From an uncultured Candidatus Saccharibacteria bacterium (GTDB lineage: Bacteria; Patescibacteriota; Dojkabacteria; CAZCSM01), in NCBI GenBank assembly GCA_964501355.1, contig CAZCSM010000006.1:2347-66346 (forward strand): a DNA stretch of 64,000 nucleotides, written 5' to 3'. Below the pieces are notes generated by a model. That model did not search any database and was not told the origin of the DNA. It saw only the letters and a program-made list of their open reading frames with translations. Position 1 is the first letter of the stretch. Each line of letters starts with the position of its first letter. Below, one piece after another: positions 39,606 through 52,116 of the stretch. Both the position numbers and the translations under genes were made by a program.

Positions 39606-40697
39606 TTGAAGATAGTAACAATGGAAGATTTTGATGCCACAGCACCTAATTATGCTGCTGCTGCATTGGGAACTACTGTTTCTGAAGCTCAGGCAGATCC
39701 GGATCAAGCTGTACAAAAACTTATCGAACTTCAAGCTAGATTAATGTCAACAAGTGCTTTGGCACCTGATTTTGCTAATAAAGTTCTTTTAGGTTTGAGT
39801 GATCTTCATACTGGCTTAGCTTTGATATTACCGCCAGACTTTAATGAAAAGGTTACTGCAAGAGCTGTAGAATTAGGATATGTTCCTAATAAACAGGAAG
39901 ATACTGAAGGAGCGCGAGAAGATAATGATGATTTTGATCCTTCCCAAGTAATTGTTAATTTAGCAGATACAGATGGTCTTGGTGATGTTGGAGATGATTT
40001 TTCACCAGAGCAAGCCGAGCAAGCTATGAGAGCTTTCGGATTGGTAAAGGAAGATGGGGTATCTTGGGCAGATCTTTATAAGCAATGGAAAGAAGAAAGG
40101 CATCCTGCAGTTCGTAATTTTCTAAACGGTGCACGGGGTTCTTTCAACGAAGCAGATTATAATGCATTGAGCACTAGGCTTCAGAGGGCTTGGGGAATTC
40201 TCGGTGAAACTTTAAGTTCTGGTTCAGAAAATGGAAATCTTTTGAGGGTGGCTTTAAATACAAGATTTGCTAGAAATGATTCAAAACAATCTTCTGCACA
40301 AGGTCAACAAAGACCTGTTGTAGAAGAAGTTGTCCGATCTCATGTAGCAACTCCTGTTGCTGTTAAAGCAAAGGCAGAGGTTGCTCCTACTGCCCTTTCT
40401 GAAGAAGAGAGATTGGTTATGGAGAAAATGGGATCAAGTATTGATAATCTTAGAAATATGGGAGCTGAAGCAGCATACAAGCTTGCTTGGAGTAAGTTTA
40501 ATAGAGAATGGCAAGATGCTGGTCGTGAAGCTATCGATAGAGACCTTAGCACAGGAAATGCCGGTCTGCAATTTAGACAGGAACAAACAACTGAAATTCG
40601 TACTGCAATTCGATATTTGAGAGATAAAGTCTTTGGAGAGGCTGAATGGCAGAAATTAGATGATAAATACACATTGACACAAAGACAGAGATGGTAA
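39606..40697 (+). CDS. Acidic soluble protein of unknown function, with a probable TTG or internal ATG start
   Basis: 363 aa, Ala/Asp/Glu-rich, no TM segment. Visibly higher GC and different codon usage from the flanking genes. Confidence 0.35.
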   Translation: MKIVTMEDFDATAPNYAAAALGTTVSEAQADPDQAVQKLIELQARLMSTSALAPDFANKVLLGLSDLHTGLALILPPDFNEKVTARAVELGYVPNKQEDTEGAREDNDDFDPSQVIVNLADTDGLGDVGDDFSPEQAEQAMRAFGLVKEDGVSWADLYKQWKEERHPAVRNFLNGARGSFNEADYNALSTRLQRAWGILGETLSSGSENGNLLRVALNTRFARNDSKQSSAQGQQRPVVEEVVRSHVATPVAVKAKAEVAPTALSEEERLVMEKMGSSIDNLRNMGAEAAYKLAWSKFNREWQDAGREAIDRDLSTGNAGLQFRQEQTTEIRTAIRYLRDKVFGEAEWQKLDDKYTLTQRQRW

Positions 40698-40715
40698 ATT
40701 TTTATTAGATTTTTT

Positions 40716-40748
40716 AAAAAGAGGTCTTAAAGGCGACCTCTTTTTTTA
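40716..40748. terminator. Bidirectional rho-independent terminator
   Basis: AAAAAGAGGTC-ttaaaggc-GACCTCTTTTTTT, lying between convergent genes. Confidence 0.6.
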
Positions 40749-42707
40749 CTCCCCCACTCCAACTAAATATGTTGCTGGGACTGCCACATAACTTGAATGT
40801 AGCGTATATTTATCTTCTCGTCCGTCTGTGAATGTCACCGTTCTGAAGTAATCGGTTTGAAATCCTGCGATTGCAGATTTTGTTAACTTCCGTTCTCCTG
40901 GTGCTAAATCTGCAGATGGAATTTCATAAGAAGTTGATGCCCAGTATTTCCCATATATTTCAGGACCTGAGACTTCAACTTTTCTTCCATCGTCCGTTCC
41001 ATAAATCCAAACTCTTGCTCGTTTAGTTTCGGTATTAACATCTTGCTGAATAAGAATGTGTCCGGGGGAATCATTTCTAAACTGCATACTTGCAGATGGA
41101 ATGTAAACTGAAGCATCAAGCCCGGGTTGTGGCCATCTATAATATTCCACATCATAACTGTGCGGATGTCGTTCAACAATCGGAAACCCTCCATAAAATG
41201 CTGCCCGAAAAAGTGTTGTGGATGTTTGACAAATTCCTCCACCATATTCTAATGCAGTTTGTGTTCTGTTTTTTATCACCCAACCAGGCATGAAACCATG
41301 TGCGGCATCAATTGGTCCAATGTATTGAGCATAATTGAAAATTTCTCCCGGACCAATTATTACATTTTGAAACCTTGATAAGCCGACCTTTATGTTGGTT
41401 TCCCGACTGTCTGTAGAATGACCGAAATCTGATTCCCCGTAAGCTATTAACTCTTTAATTCCTAGATTAAGCTCCGTTTCATCGTATATTTGCCCCTCCT
41501 GTACAGATATAGGAAGTTCGGTTTCATAGATACTATTTTTGAAGTTTTCTACAATTAATTCAACAGCCTGTTCTTTTTCAAGAGCATATCCATCTTTTAG
41601 CGTTCCTTCAACAATAACTGTTTCATTAGCATCAAGACTTAATTTGATGTGTTCAGCGTGATTATCAAGTTGACTTACAATATTAGTATTTACATATTTA
41701 TCAATTTCCTCCGGATTTAAAAGAATGCTAAAGTTCACAGGTACTGTATCTTCACCTGCAACAATTCCTGTTCCAAACTTGTAATAAATTGGTTTTGAGA
41801 ACAGTGCATTTGCAAAGGTCTTTGAGGAAATGTCGAAAAGCAACCACTCTGGGTGATCAGCAAGTTTTTCAGTGACATTAACATTGCCGGCTTTAAATTT
41901 AAGCTCTTGTTCAATAATCTCATTTGCAGCATCTGCGATAACAGCAACTTCTCCATATGAAAGTGTCGGAGTACTTTGTGTCGTTTGGAGACTGTATGAT
42001 TCTCTATACAAATATTCAAATGCAGTCTTAACATTATTAACACTTTCTGGGGTTAGTGATGTTCCCGATTTCCCCTCAACGACAACAAATCTTCCCTCCT
42101 GATGAATCACCTCCGGTTCCTTGAACGGACTAATGTTTTCGAAATTCGCATAAATTGTGTTAAGAATATTTGCCTCTTTTACATTTACACTAAGCGCTCT
42201 GTCGTATTTCTTAAAATTATTTCCAATTGAATAAACATATTCAGAAAACGTATCAGGATATGCAGGATGTTGAGCTGTGTAAATGTTTTGGAGAACCTCA
42301 TTTGCGTTAATTTCTGCATTAAAGTCTGTAATATCGATTGTTTCTTTTTCACCGTTAATTTCAACTTCTACTGTATTTACTTGAAAATCTTCAATTGCTC
42401 CAGCAAGTATTTCTCTTGCTTCTGCAAGAGTCATTCCTCCAACATAGTAATCCCCTACTCTCGTTTGAATGTAAAATCTGTTATGGAAATAAATGTAATT
42501 TGCCAACAAAATTAATGAAATTAATAGTGTTGAAAATATGAATGCATACGAAGTTGCCGTCAAAACTTGTCGACGTTTTGATGGTGCATTATAGCTAACT
42601 AGCTTCTCTTTTTGATTCGTTGGTTTCGTTCCCATAGCAGTTTTTTGCGTTTTGGCAATATTATCAAATTTATAATAACGTTTTTTCCGGTTCTTAACAA
42701 TATTCAA
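40746..42707 (-). CDS. VanW-like domain membrane-anchored protein
   Basis: N-terminal TM. The C-terminal YGGGICQTSTTLFRAAFYGG matches the VanW-domain signature GGGVCQ.STTL. 653 aa. Confidence 0.5.
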   Translation of the reverse strand: MNIVKNRKKRYYKFDNIAKTQKTAMGTKPTNQKEKLVSYNAPSKRRQVLTATSYAFIFSTLLISLILLANYIYFHNRFYIQTRVGDYYVGGMTLAEAREILAGAIEDFQVNTVEVEINGEKETIDITDFNAEINANEVLQNIYTAQHPAYPDTFSEYVYSIGNNFKKYDRALSVNVKEANILNTIYANFENISPFKEPEVIHQEGRFVVVEGKSGTSLTPESVNNVKTAFEYLYRESYSLQTTQSTPTLSYGEVAVIADAANEIIEQELKFKAGNVNVTEKLADHPEWLLFDISSKTFANALFSKPIYYKFGTGIVAGEDTVPVNFSILLNPEEIDKYVNTNIVSQLDNHAEHIKLSLDANETVIVEGTLKDGYALEKEQAVELIVENFKNSIYETELPISVQEGQIYDETELNLGIKELIAYGESDFGHSTDSRETNIKVGLSRFQNVIIGPGEIFNYAQYIGPIDAAHGFMPGWVIKNRTQTALEYGGGICQTSTTLFRAAFYGGFPIVERHPHSYDVEYYRWPQPGLDASVYIPSASMQFRNDSPGHILIQQDVNTETKRARVWIYGTDDGRKVEVSGPEIYGKYWASTSYEIPSADLAPGERKLTKSAIAGFQTDYFRTVTFTDGREDKYTLHSSYVAVPATYLVGVGE

Positions 42708-42745
42708 CGGATAAGTTGAGGAAAAGTAACACTTTCATTAATAAT

Positions 42746-42774
42746 GTAGGGACAGGTTTAAAACCTGTCCCTAC
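42746..42774. repeat. Palindromic element GTAGGGACAGGTTT-A-AAACCTGTCCCTAC (REP-like), copy 1
   Basis: Perfect 14-bp arms. The same core recurs twice at 55.5 kb. Confidence 0.6.
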
Positions 42775-42799
42775 CAATTGATTGAACTAATAATTAATC

Positions 42800-45463
42800 T
42801 TACACTACCGCCATAGAAGCTACTTCATCATCACCTTTTACATTCATCAATTTCACACCAGTTGTTTGTCTATGCTGTGTTGGAATTCCTTCTTTCAAAG
42901 GAAGCATTATCGCAATGCCTTTCTTTGAAATTATTAACAAATCTTTATTAGGATGATCAAGAATTCTTGCGGAAATAAGTTTCCCTGTTTTACTCGTTAC
43001 CTTAAATGTAAATACACCCTGTCCGCCACGTCCCTGTACGGCATATTCTTCAAGTTTAGTCATTTTTCCATATCCCTTTTCAGAAACGAGAAGTAAACTC
43101 ACTTCACCTTCTCTGACAACATCCATTACTACAACACCATCGTCTTCTTTCTTAAACTTAATCCCGAAGACTCCCATTGAAGCTCTTCCCATCGGTCTAA
43201 CATCACTTTCTTTGAATCTGATACTTTTACCATATTTTGTAACAAGCATTACTTCATTATCTCCGGTTGTAGGTCGAACCCATGCGAGTTCATCTCCATC
43301 TTTTAGCTTGATTGCGATAAGCCCGGATGATCTGATATTACTGAATTCAGAAAGTTCAGTCTTTTTTACAATACCTGCGGTTGTTGCCATAAACAGATAT
43401 TTATATTTCTTTCCTGATTTTTCCGATTTCTCCTCTCCTTCTTGAATAACATCTTCTTCAAAGAAGCCATCTTCTGTTCGTGTTAGAACGCTGCTTACAA
43501 GCTCATTTTGGTCAACATCAATTAGATTAATAATCGGCTGTCCCTTTGCTGTTCGTCCAAAATCCGGAATTTCATGTGCCTTTAACTGGAATACCCTGCC
43601 CTTATTCGTAAAGAATAAAATATCATCATGAGTATTGCATTTAAGCACGTGTTCAACAAAGTCGCCTTCTTTTGTAGTCATTCCTTTTTTCCCGGTTCCA
43701 CCCCTGTGTTGTGGCGCATATGTACTCTCAGGCATTCTCTTAATGTATCCTTCGTGCGATATTGTAATAAACACATCTTCCGGTTTGACAAGGTCTTCTT
43801 CTGAAATCTCCCCCACTTTGCCTTTGATAACCTTTGTTCGTCTTGCATCTCCAAACTTTTCCTTAACTTCGAGAAGTTCATTCTTCACTTCATTTAAGAT
43901 TGCAATTGGATCGGCAAGAAGAATTTCTAAGTCAGCAATGAACTTTTTGATTTCCTTGTATTCTTCTTCGATTTTCTGTCTTTCAAGAGCGGCAAGTCTT
44001 CGAAGTTGCATATCTAGAATTGCTTGTGCTTGGATCTCCGAAAGCTTAAATCTCTTTATCAAATTATCTTTCGCTGTTTCCTGCGTCTTCGATTCACGAA
44101 TTGTTTTGATAACTTCATCCAGATTATCAAGTGCAATCTTCAACCCTTCCAAAATGTGTGCTCTGTACTTTGCTTTCGCCAGGTCATATTCATTCTTTCG
44201 AATAACAACTTCTTGTCTATGACTAATGAATAATTCTAATATTCTCTTTAGTGACAGGACATGAGGTTCATTCTCAACAAGTGCAAGCATATTGGCATTA
44301 AATGCCTTTTGCATCTCCGTGTACTTGAAGATTTTATTCAAAATCGTCTTTGGTTTTGCATCTTTCTTCAGTTCAACTACAACACGTATTCCTTCTCTAT
44401 TTGACTCATCCCGAAGATCTTTAATTCCATCAAGCTTCTTCTCTTTATATAAGTCTGCAATTTTAGCGACCAAATGTGCTTTGTTAACCTGGAAAGGAAG
44501 TTCTGTAATAATAATTTGGAATCTGTCTGCTTTGCTTTCTTCAATCTTTGCAACACCTCTCATCACAATTCTTCCCTTGCCGGTTGAGTATGCTTCAAGA
44601 ACAGATTCTCTGTCATAAATTACTCCGCCCGTTGGGAAATCAGGACCTTTTACAAATTCAATAAGTTCGTCAGCGGTTGCTTCAGATTGGAATTTCGGAT
44701 AAAGTGATTCTCCTTCTGCAAATGTAACGTCTTGATAAATTTCGTCAGGATTTGCGACTTCGGGAACTTTTTGAGTTTTTTCTCTTTCAATTCTTAATTC
44801 GTTATATTTTGATTTTCCTTCCCATTCATTTCCCTTATCGATCATATGGGCAAGCGCATCTACAATCTCTCCCAGATTATGAGGTGGGATTTTTGTTGCC
44901 ATACCGACAGCGATTCCGTCAACGCCATTAAGAAGAAGCATCGGAAGTTTCGACGGTAAAACGGTCGGTTCTGTATGATTTCCGTCGTAGTTTAATTCAT
45001 ATTTGACAGTATTCTTATCAATATCGGCTAAAAGATCGGCTGTGATTTTTCCCATTCTCGATTCGGTGTAACGCATCGCAGCTGCACTATCACCATCAAT
45101 AGATCCGAAGTTTCCTTGTCCGTCAACCATTAAGTATCTTGAACTGAAATCCTGTGCCATTCGAACCATTGTCTGATAAATAGCCTGATCACCATGAGGG
45201 TGATATTTTGCCATAACTTCACCAACCGTATTTGCAGATTTTCGATATGCAGAAGTTGGAGTGATCCCCAATTTATCCATGGCAAAAAGAATCCTTCTCT
45301 GCACAGGTTTCAATCCGTCTCGAACATCCGGAAGAGCTCTTGCTACAATAACACTCATCGAATAGTTAATGTACGACTTTTTCATTTCATCCGATATTCT
45401 AATCGGCTTAATGTTTTTATCAATTTGCTCTAGTTCAAGATTCTCAGTATTGTTGTCGTTCAT
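42800..45463 (-). CDS. gyrA: DNA gyrase subunit A
   Basis: AAMRYTE catalytic-Tyr region, QRR-region motifs and a C-terminal beta-pinwheel with GyrA-box-like QGRGG. 887 aa. Confidence 0.95.
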   Translation of the reverse strand: MNDNNTENLELEQIDKNIKPIRISDEMKKSYINYSMSVIVARALPDVRDGLKPVQRRILFAMDKLGITPTSAYRKSANTVGEVMAKYHPHGDQAIYQTMVRMAQDFSSRYLMVDGQGNFGSIDGDSAAAMRYTESRMGKITADLLADIDKNTVKYELNYDGNHTEPTVLPSKLPMLLLNGVDGIAVGMATKIPPHNLGEIVDALAHMIDKGNEWEGKSKYNELRIEREKTQKVPEVANPDEIYQDVTFAEGESLYPKFQSEATADELIEFVKGPDFPTGGVIYDRESVLEAYSTGKGRIVMRGVAKIEESKADRFQIIITELPFQVNKAHLVAKIADLYKEKKLDGIKDLRDESNREGIRVVVELKKDAKPKTILNKIFKYTEMQKAFNANMLALVENEPHVLSLKRILELFISHRQEVVIRKNEYDLAKAKYRAHILEGLKIALDNLDEVIKTIRESKTQETAKDNLIKRFKLSEIQAQAILDMQLRRLAALERQKIEEEYKEIKKFIADLEILLADPIAILNEVKNELLEVKEKFGDARRTKVIKGKVGEISEEDLVKPEDVFITISHEGYIKRMPESTYAPQHRGGTGKKGMTTKEGDFVEHVLKCNTHDDILFFTNKGRVFQLKAHEIPDFGRTAKGQPIINLIDVDQNELVSSVLTRTEDGFFEEDVIQEGEEKSEKSGKKYKYLFMATTAGIVKKTELSEFSNIRSSGLIAIKLKDGDELAWVRPTTGDNEVMLVTKYGKSIRFKESDVRPMGRASMGVFGIKFKKEDDGVVVMDVVREGEVSLLLVSEKGYGKMTKLEEYAVQGRGGQGVFTFKVTSKTGKLISARILDHPNKDLLIISKKGIAIMLPLKEGIPTQHRQTTGVKLMNVKGDDEVASMAVV

Positions 45464-45486
45464 TTCTTAATAATTTGACCTAATAT

Positions 45487-47415
<1,929 letters not shown>

Positions 47416-47577
47416 CTAAAATCTACTAATATACCAAATAAAGGATTATTTCTGCTCTCCCATCTCTCTAGGAATTCTAAAGATAATAGAATTAGCTTAA
47501 TTGATAATAAAATAAAGCGTTTTATTACGTAGAGTCAATAATGCAAAAGTTATTCTAGCACAAAAACTTTTTGCGTT

Positions 47578-48066
47578 CTACTTTTTAGGCGAAGGTCTCA
47601 TTTCTGAAACCTTGGGGGCAGTACTTGCATGATGTTCTTTATGCGCGGGTTTCCCGTCTGATTCATATTTTAGACAGCACATTAATTTCCCACAGTATCC
47701 GGTATATTTTTGCGGACTACATGGGAGATTTTGTTCTTTAATCAATTTAACCGAGACTGAATCGAAGCTCTTCAAGAATCTCTTGCAGCAACATATCTCT
47801 CCACAAGGACCAATACCGCCAACTTCTTTTGCTTTATCTCTTGGTCCAACTTGTCTTAGCTCAATTTTGACAGAAAGTTCATTTTGAAGGACTTTCAATA
47901 ATTCTCTAAAGTCGATTCTTTTTGCAGATTCGAATTTGAAGATAATTTTTCTCTCCCTTGCAAGATAGTCCGTGCCGATAATTTGCATAGGAAGCTTCAA
48001 TTTCTGAACGTAATTCTTACAAAGTTCCGTTGCTTTATCTAAATTTTTTGTTTCGCCTTTTGCCAT
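47578..48066 (-). CDS. PSP1 C-terminal domain protein (RicT/YaaT-like)
   Basis: Cys-rich core GPCGEICCC...YTGYCGKLMCCLKYE. Located downstream of holB, as in Firmicutes. Confidence 0.7.
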   Translation of the reverse strand: MAKGETKNLDKATELCKNYVQKLKLPMQIIGTDYLARERKIIFKFESAKRIDFRELLKVLQNELSVKIELRQVGPRDKAKEVGGIGPCGEICCCKRFLKSFDSVSVKLIKEQNLPCSPQKYTGYCGKLMCCLKYESDGKPAHKEHHASTAPKVSEMRPSPKK

Positions 48067-48076
48067 ATCAGTTATT

Positions 48077-48865
48077 TCAACTCTTACAATTTTTATATAC
48101 CTCTTTATCTAATGTTTGTAACATCAGATTTTCTAAAACCAGTAATTTATTTGTATTATAAAGGATTTTCACTCTATCTGCCAGTACTTTGTTTAAGTCT
48201 TTTACTGCGGTCTTTCTCAATATTTCATTTCCTAAATTCATTTTTAAAATTGCTCTGATTCCCCCGATTATCTTATCGATAAATTCTAAAGTGTAAAATG
48301 CATCTTTACGTTCCTCTTTTTTATCCTTATCAGTAACCTCTTTCACTAATTGAAACCTTTGTGGTAAATCCAGGTTAACAATTCCCATAATTAATGCGCG
48401 GTCTGAGACGGTTTCATCCCCGACCTGGTTAATTTTCAAAATCTGACTTCTCGATTGAATCGTATCCAGAAGATGTGATGCATTATCAACCGTCAAAATA
48501 ATTCTTACATACGATGGAGGTTCCTCTAGTGTTTTCAACAAAGCATTTTGTGCACCAATGCTTAAGGTTTGTGCATTCTTTATTATCACTACACAGACCT
48601 TAGAAACAAGTGGTTTAGAATTAATCTTTTGAATAATCTTTTCACGCACAAAATCAACGGAAATGTTTTTCTTATCCTCTGGCTTTTCAACCAATATAAA
48701 ATCCGGATGGTTGCTATTTTCAAAACTAACACAGCTCTGACAATTATCGCAACCCTCATCTCCTTCTGTATCAAGACAAAGATTTGACTTAGCCAACGAT
48801 AAGGCTTTTACAAAACCCTGTTCAATATTTGCTGATTCTATTATTAATGTTTGTGGTAGTTTCAT
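48077..48865 (-). CDS. holB: DNA polymerase III delta-prime subunit
   Basis: Zinc module CDNCQSC and the AQNALLKTLEEPP motif, with a degenerate Walker A. Confidence 0.7.
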   Translation of the reverse strand: MKLPQTLIIESANIEQGFVKALSLAKSNLCLDTEGDEGCDNCQSCVSFENSNHPDFILVEKPEDKKNISVDFVREKIIQKINSKPLVSKVCVVIIKNAQTLSIGAQNALLKTLEEPPSYVRIILTVDNASHLLDTIQSRSQILKINQVGDETVSDRALIMGIVNLDLPQRFQLVKEVTDKDKKEERKDAFYTLEFIDKIIGGIRAILKMNLGNEILRKTAVKDLNKVLADRVKILYNTNKLLVLENLMLQTLDKEVYKNCKS

Positions 48866-48914
48866 AGCAGAACAAGTGTATCACAGGAGAGACTGTTATT
48901 GAAACAAAAAATGA

Positions 48915-50195
48915 TCAAGGATTTTTTGCACCGTACGTTCTTGAGTTTGCAAGTCGACTTCGAAAATCCGCAGATGATTCGGCCCAATATTGTGATCGAT
49001 ATGCTCCTATGACTTCAGCTCCTGCATATTTTAAAGTTTGAGGTAGCCGATATCGTATATTGGGGATTAATACAGATACAGTTATATCATCCGTTGCCCG
49101 TTCTCGTGTCGGTTCTTCTGGGTTGTAATTTTCGACCTGCTCCTCTTGAATTAGATAAAGGTATTGTGTAACTTCTTCTTCCGTCGTCAATGTTAAAAGT
49201 TTCCCAATTCTATGAACCAACCTCTCTTTGTCGAGTTCTTTTGTAAGATCTAAGTCATAAATGAAGCCGTCACTTGCAAGTAGGACTCCGTACACCTTTT
49301 CGACAGGGATTTGGTATAACTCGCTATTTTGCAAATGCGCAGTGTATATATCAGGCAAACCTCTTAGTACCGGAACTATGTGACGTTTGTTCACATATGA
49401 GTCCTCATAGTACCCCCTGCTACGAAGCATTCTCGAGGCATCCTCCGCACTTGAAGCCTGTCCGGATGATATTAGTTCATTTATGCGAACTGTCGTTTGT
49501 TGGTCGAAATATTTATTGGAATCTATATATGCAGGAACGATTCGACCGTCTCTCAAAATTACAAATATGGGTGCATCTCCTATTGAAGTAACTTCTACAT
49601 GTTTATACTGGTGAATACAGAACGCTGCTGTCGCACCAGGGACTTTATCCGGCGTCAATGTTGTTTCAAGGAAACCGCTAAATAGAGAATATCCTGTCGG
49701 AGGAATATGGTACATCCTTTGAAGATGTTCATTAATCTCAAATATTAATCGGGGACTTTCTACTGCTGGAAAATTATGATTTGTGAAATCTCTATGCAAT
49801 CGAGTGTTAATATAAGCGGTATCCATTCTTATGAGGAATTCTTTTATGATCCTTGGGGCAATCGTGTCAGTTCCGCCCTCGTTAACTTGGTATCTATCTG
49901 GAATTCCAATCAGTTCCAATGCTTCTGATAATGGATTGATTGGTGTGACACCATCAATAACCGCTGATATCTCAAGCATTCCATGGACTCTTTTATAAAC
50001 AGGCAGATCTCCGGAGACGGGCTTCCCCATTGCGGGTATTCCGGCTGATAGATGGGCGCTTATATATCGCTCTCCTTTTTCTGTCCAGTTCCAAGTAGAT
50101 AGCTCTGTTCCGGATGGATCTATTTCTGTGCCCATTAATACTCTTGATACACGATTACCGCCCTGCATTATACTGGATATATATGTGTGGTTCAA
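48915..50195 (-). CDS. Hypothetical protein with weak PPM/PP2C-like C-terminal motifs
   Basis: IGDAPIFVILRDG and LLASDGF resemble PP2C motifs 8 and 11. The N-terminal metal-binding DGxGG motif is not evident. Confidence 0.3.
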   Translation of the reverse strand: MNHTYISSIMQGGNRVSRVLMGTEIDPSGTELSTWNWTEKGERYISAHLSAGIPAMGKPVSGDLPVYKRVHGMLEISAVIDGVTPINPLSEALELIGIPDRYQVNEGGTDTIAPRIIKEFLIRMDTAYINTRLHRDFTNHNFPAVESPRLIFEINEHLQRMYHIPPTGYSLFSGFLETTLTPDKVPGATAAFCIHQYKHVEVTSIGDAPIFVILRDGRIVPAYIDSNKYFDQQTTVRINELISSGQASSAEDASRMLRSRGYYEDSYVNKRHIVPVLRGLPDIYTAHLQNSELYQIPVEKVYGVLLASDGFIYDLDLTKELDKERLVHRIGKLLTLTTEEEVTQYLYLIQEEQVENYNPEEPTRERATDDITVSVLIPNIRYRLPQTLKYAGAEVIGAYRSQYWAESSADFRSRLANSRTYGAKNP

Positions 50196-50288
50196 CTCTG
50201 ATTTGAATTAATCTGTTCGTAATTGACGTCGTCGTTTACTTATAATAGTATATCTATGTGATTATTGTTAAATTAACTCAACTGCCTT

Positions 50289-52088
50289 ATGTACGCGTCT
50301 CAAAGCGTTGCTGAAAAATTACTCGAAAAAGGTACTATTAACGCGGATCAATTCTCTGCGGCTCGTTCAGAATCATTGCGAAAAGGCGTTGCGGTAGAAG
50401 ATGTCTTACAAAGCGATGGTGTTGTAAGTGGTGTTGATATTGCAAAAGCAAAGTCTGAAATTTATGATATCCCGTTTGTTGATCTCCTTGAATTATCCTT
50501 TGATAAAGATGTAATAAGCAAAATCTCAGCTGATGTTGCTCGTCGTCAGAACGCTATTCCATTCAAAGCAACCGAAACCGCTCTTGAAATTGCCATGAAA
50601 GATCCTTTGGATATTCAGGCTGTAAACTATCTCTCAAAATTAATCGGACAAAGGATAATTCCTTATTATGCCGATCCGGCTGCGATTGAGAAAGTGATTG
50701 ATTCTCAGTATAAAGAAGAGTTTGCTGGTGAAGTTACGGAAGCTATTGAAGAAGTTTCAGAGGATAAACCAAAGGAAATTGAAGAGCAGATTTCTGATGT
50801 TGGAAAAGTTGAAGAAGAGATTCAGCGTGCACCTGTCGCTCGTATTATCAATATGATGCTTGAGTACGCTGTTAAATCAAAGGCTTCTGATATTCATATT
50901 GAGCCAAGTGAAACGAAGCTTCGAGTTCGGATGAGAATACATGGTGTTCTAGTTCAAAAACTTGAAATGCCAATGAGTGTTCATCCTGCACTTGTTTCTA
51001 GAATCAAAATTTTGGCGAAACTGAAAATTGATGAAAAGAGAGTTCCTCAGGATGGTCGTTTTGGTATAAAACTGAAGGGGAAAGAAGTTGACCTTCGTGT
51101 CTCTACGTTACCTACAATTGACGGTGAAAAAGTTGTTATTCGTTTGCTTGATCGTTCAAGCGGAATTTTTAGTTTAGAGGAAACGGGGCTTAGAGGAAGT
51201 GCATATAAATCATTTTTAGAAGCCTTAACCTTAACGACAGGAATTGTGCTTGTGACGGGTCCGACCGGTAGTGGTAAAACACAAACTCTTGCAAGTTCAC
51301 TTGATAGGATTAATACAGAGAAAATAAATATTATCACACTTGAGAATCCTGTTGAAATTAAGATTCCCGGTGTTAACCAGGTTAATGTTAATCCTGATGC
51401 TGGGCTAACTTTTGCCTCAGGTCTTCGCTCTATTCTTCGTCAGGACCCTGATGTTGTGATGGTCGGTGAAATTCGTGATGGAGAAACGGCAAGACTTGCA
51501 ATGCAGGCTTCTTTGACTGGTCATTTGGTGTTTTCTACACTTCACACGAATAGTGCGGCGGGAGCACTTCCTAGGCTTATTGATATGGGAATTGAGCCAT
51601 ACCTTATTGCTTCCACCGTTCATTTGGTTGCAGCACAAAGACTTCCTCGAAAAATTTGTCCTTTTTGCATGGAGAGCTATGTGGCTACCCCCGAGGTCGC
51701 AAAAGATATTGTCGATGTACTGGGTAACTTAAAGATTGATATTGTCTCTCACTCGAAACAATATTGCCCAGTTTGCAAAGCAGGACAACCCTGCCCTCAT
51801 ACAGAAATTGAAAAGGATGATATTCCTGACATTGATCAATTAATTCTTTTCCGAGGGAAAGGATGCGAAAAGTGTGAAGGAAGCGGTTATTCAGGAAGAA
51901 TTGGAATTTATGAAGTATTGAATGTTACTGACAAGATTGGTAAATTAGTAATGGAACAAAGCTCTACAAGTCAGATTGACGATTTGGCCAGAGCGGAAGG
52001 CATGATTTCAATGACACAGGATGGGTACTTGAAAGCTTTGGAGGGAATAACTACGATTGAAGAAGTTTTAAGAGTTTCAAAAGCATAA
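50289..52088 (+). CDS. pilB: Type IV pilus/T2SS assembly ATPase (PilB/GspE), locus 2
   Basis: GSPII_E_N-like N-terminus, Walker A VTGPTGSGKTQTLA and an extended Cys cluster CPFC..CPVC..C..C. Confidence 0.85.
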   Translation: MYASQSVAEKLLEKGTINADQFSAARSESLRKGVAVEDVLQSDGVVSGVDIAKAKSEIYDIPFVDLLELSFDKDVISKISADVARRQNAIPFKATETALEIAMKDPLDIQAVNYLSKLIGQRIIPYYADPAAIEKVIDSQYKEEFAGEVTEAIEEVSEDKPKEIEEQISDVGKVEEEIQRAPVARIINMMLEYAVKSKASDIHIEPSETKLRVRMRIHGVLVQKLEMPMSVHPALVSRIKILAKLKIDEKRVPQDGRFGIKLKGKEVDLRVSTLPTIDGEKVVIRLLDRSSGIFSLEETGLRGSAYKSFLEALTLTTGIVLVTGPTGSGKTQTLASSLDRINTEKINIITLENPVEIKIPGVNQVNVNPDAGLTFASGLRSILRQDPDVVMVGEIRDGETARLAMQASLTGHLVFSTLHTNSAAGALPRLIDMGIEPYLIASTVHLVAAQRLPRKICPFCMESYVATPEVAKDIVDVLGNLKIDIVSHSKQYCPVCKAGQPCPHTEIEKDDIPDIDQLILFRGKGCEKCEGSGYSGRIGIYEVLNVTDKIGKLVMEQSSTSQIDDLARAEGMISMTQDGYLKALEGITTIEEVLRVSKA

Positions 52089-52116
52089 ATTAAATTACTT
52101 ATTAATAAATATCAAA

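Noticed and set aside
43635-44222. 195-aa ORF on the plus strand inside gyrA, and the many 60-120-aa antisense or overlapping ORFs in the track
   Set aside because: They lie antisense to or inside strongly supported conserved genes, are low-complexity and lack motifs. They are most likely spurious ORFs typical of AT-rich DNA.
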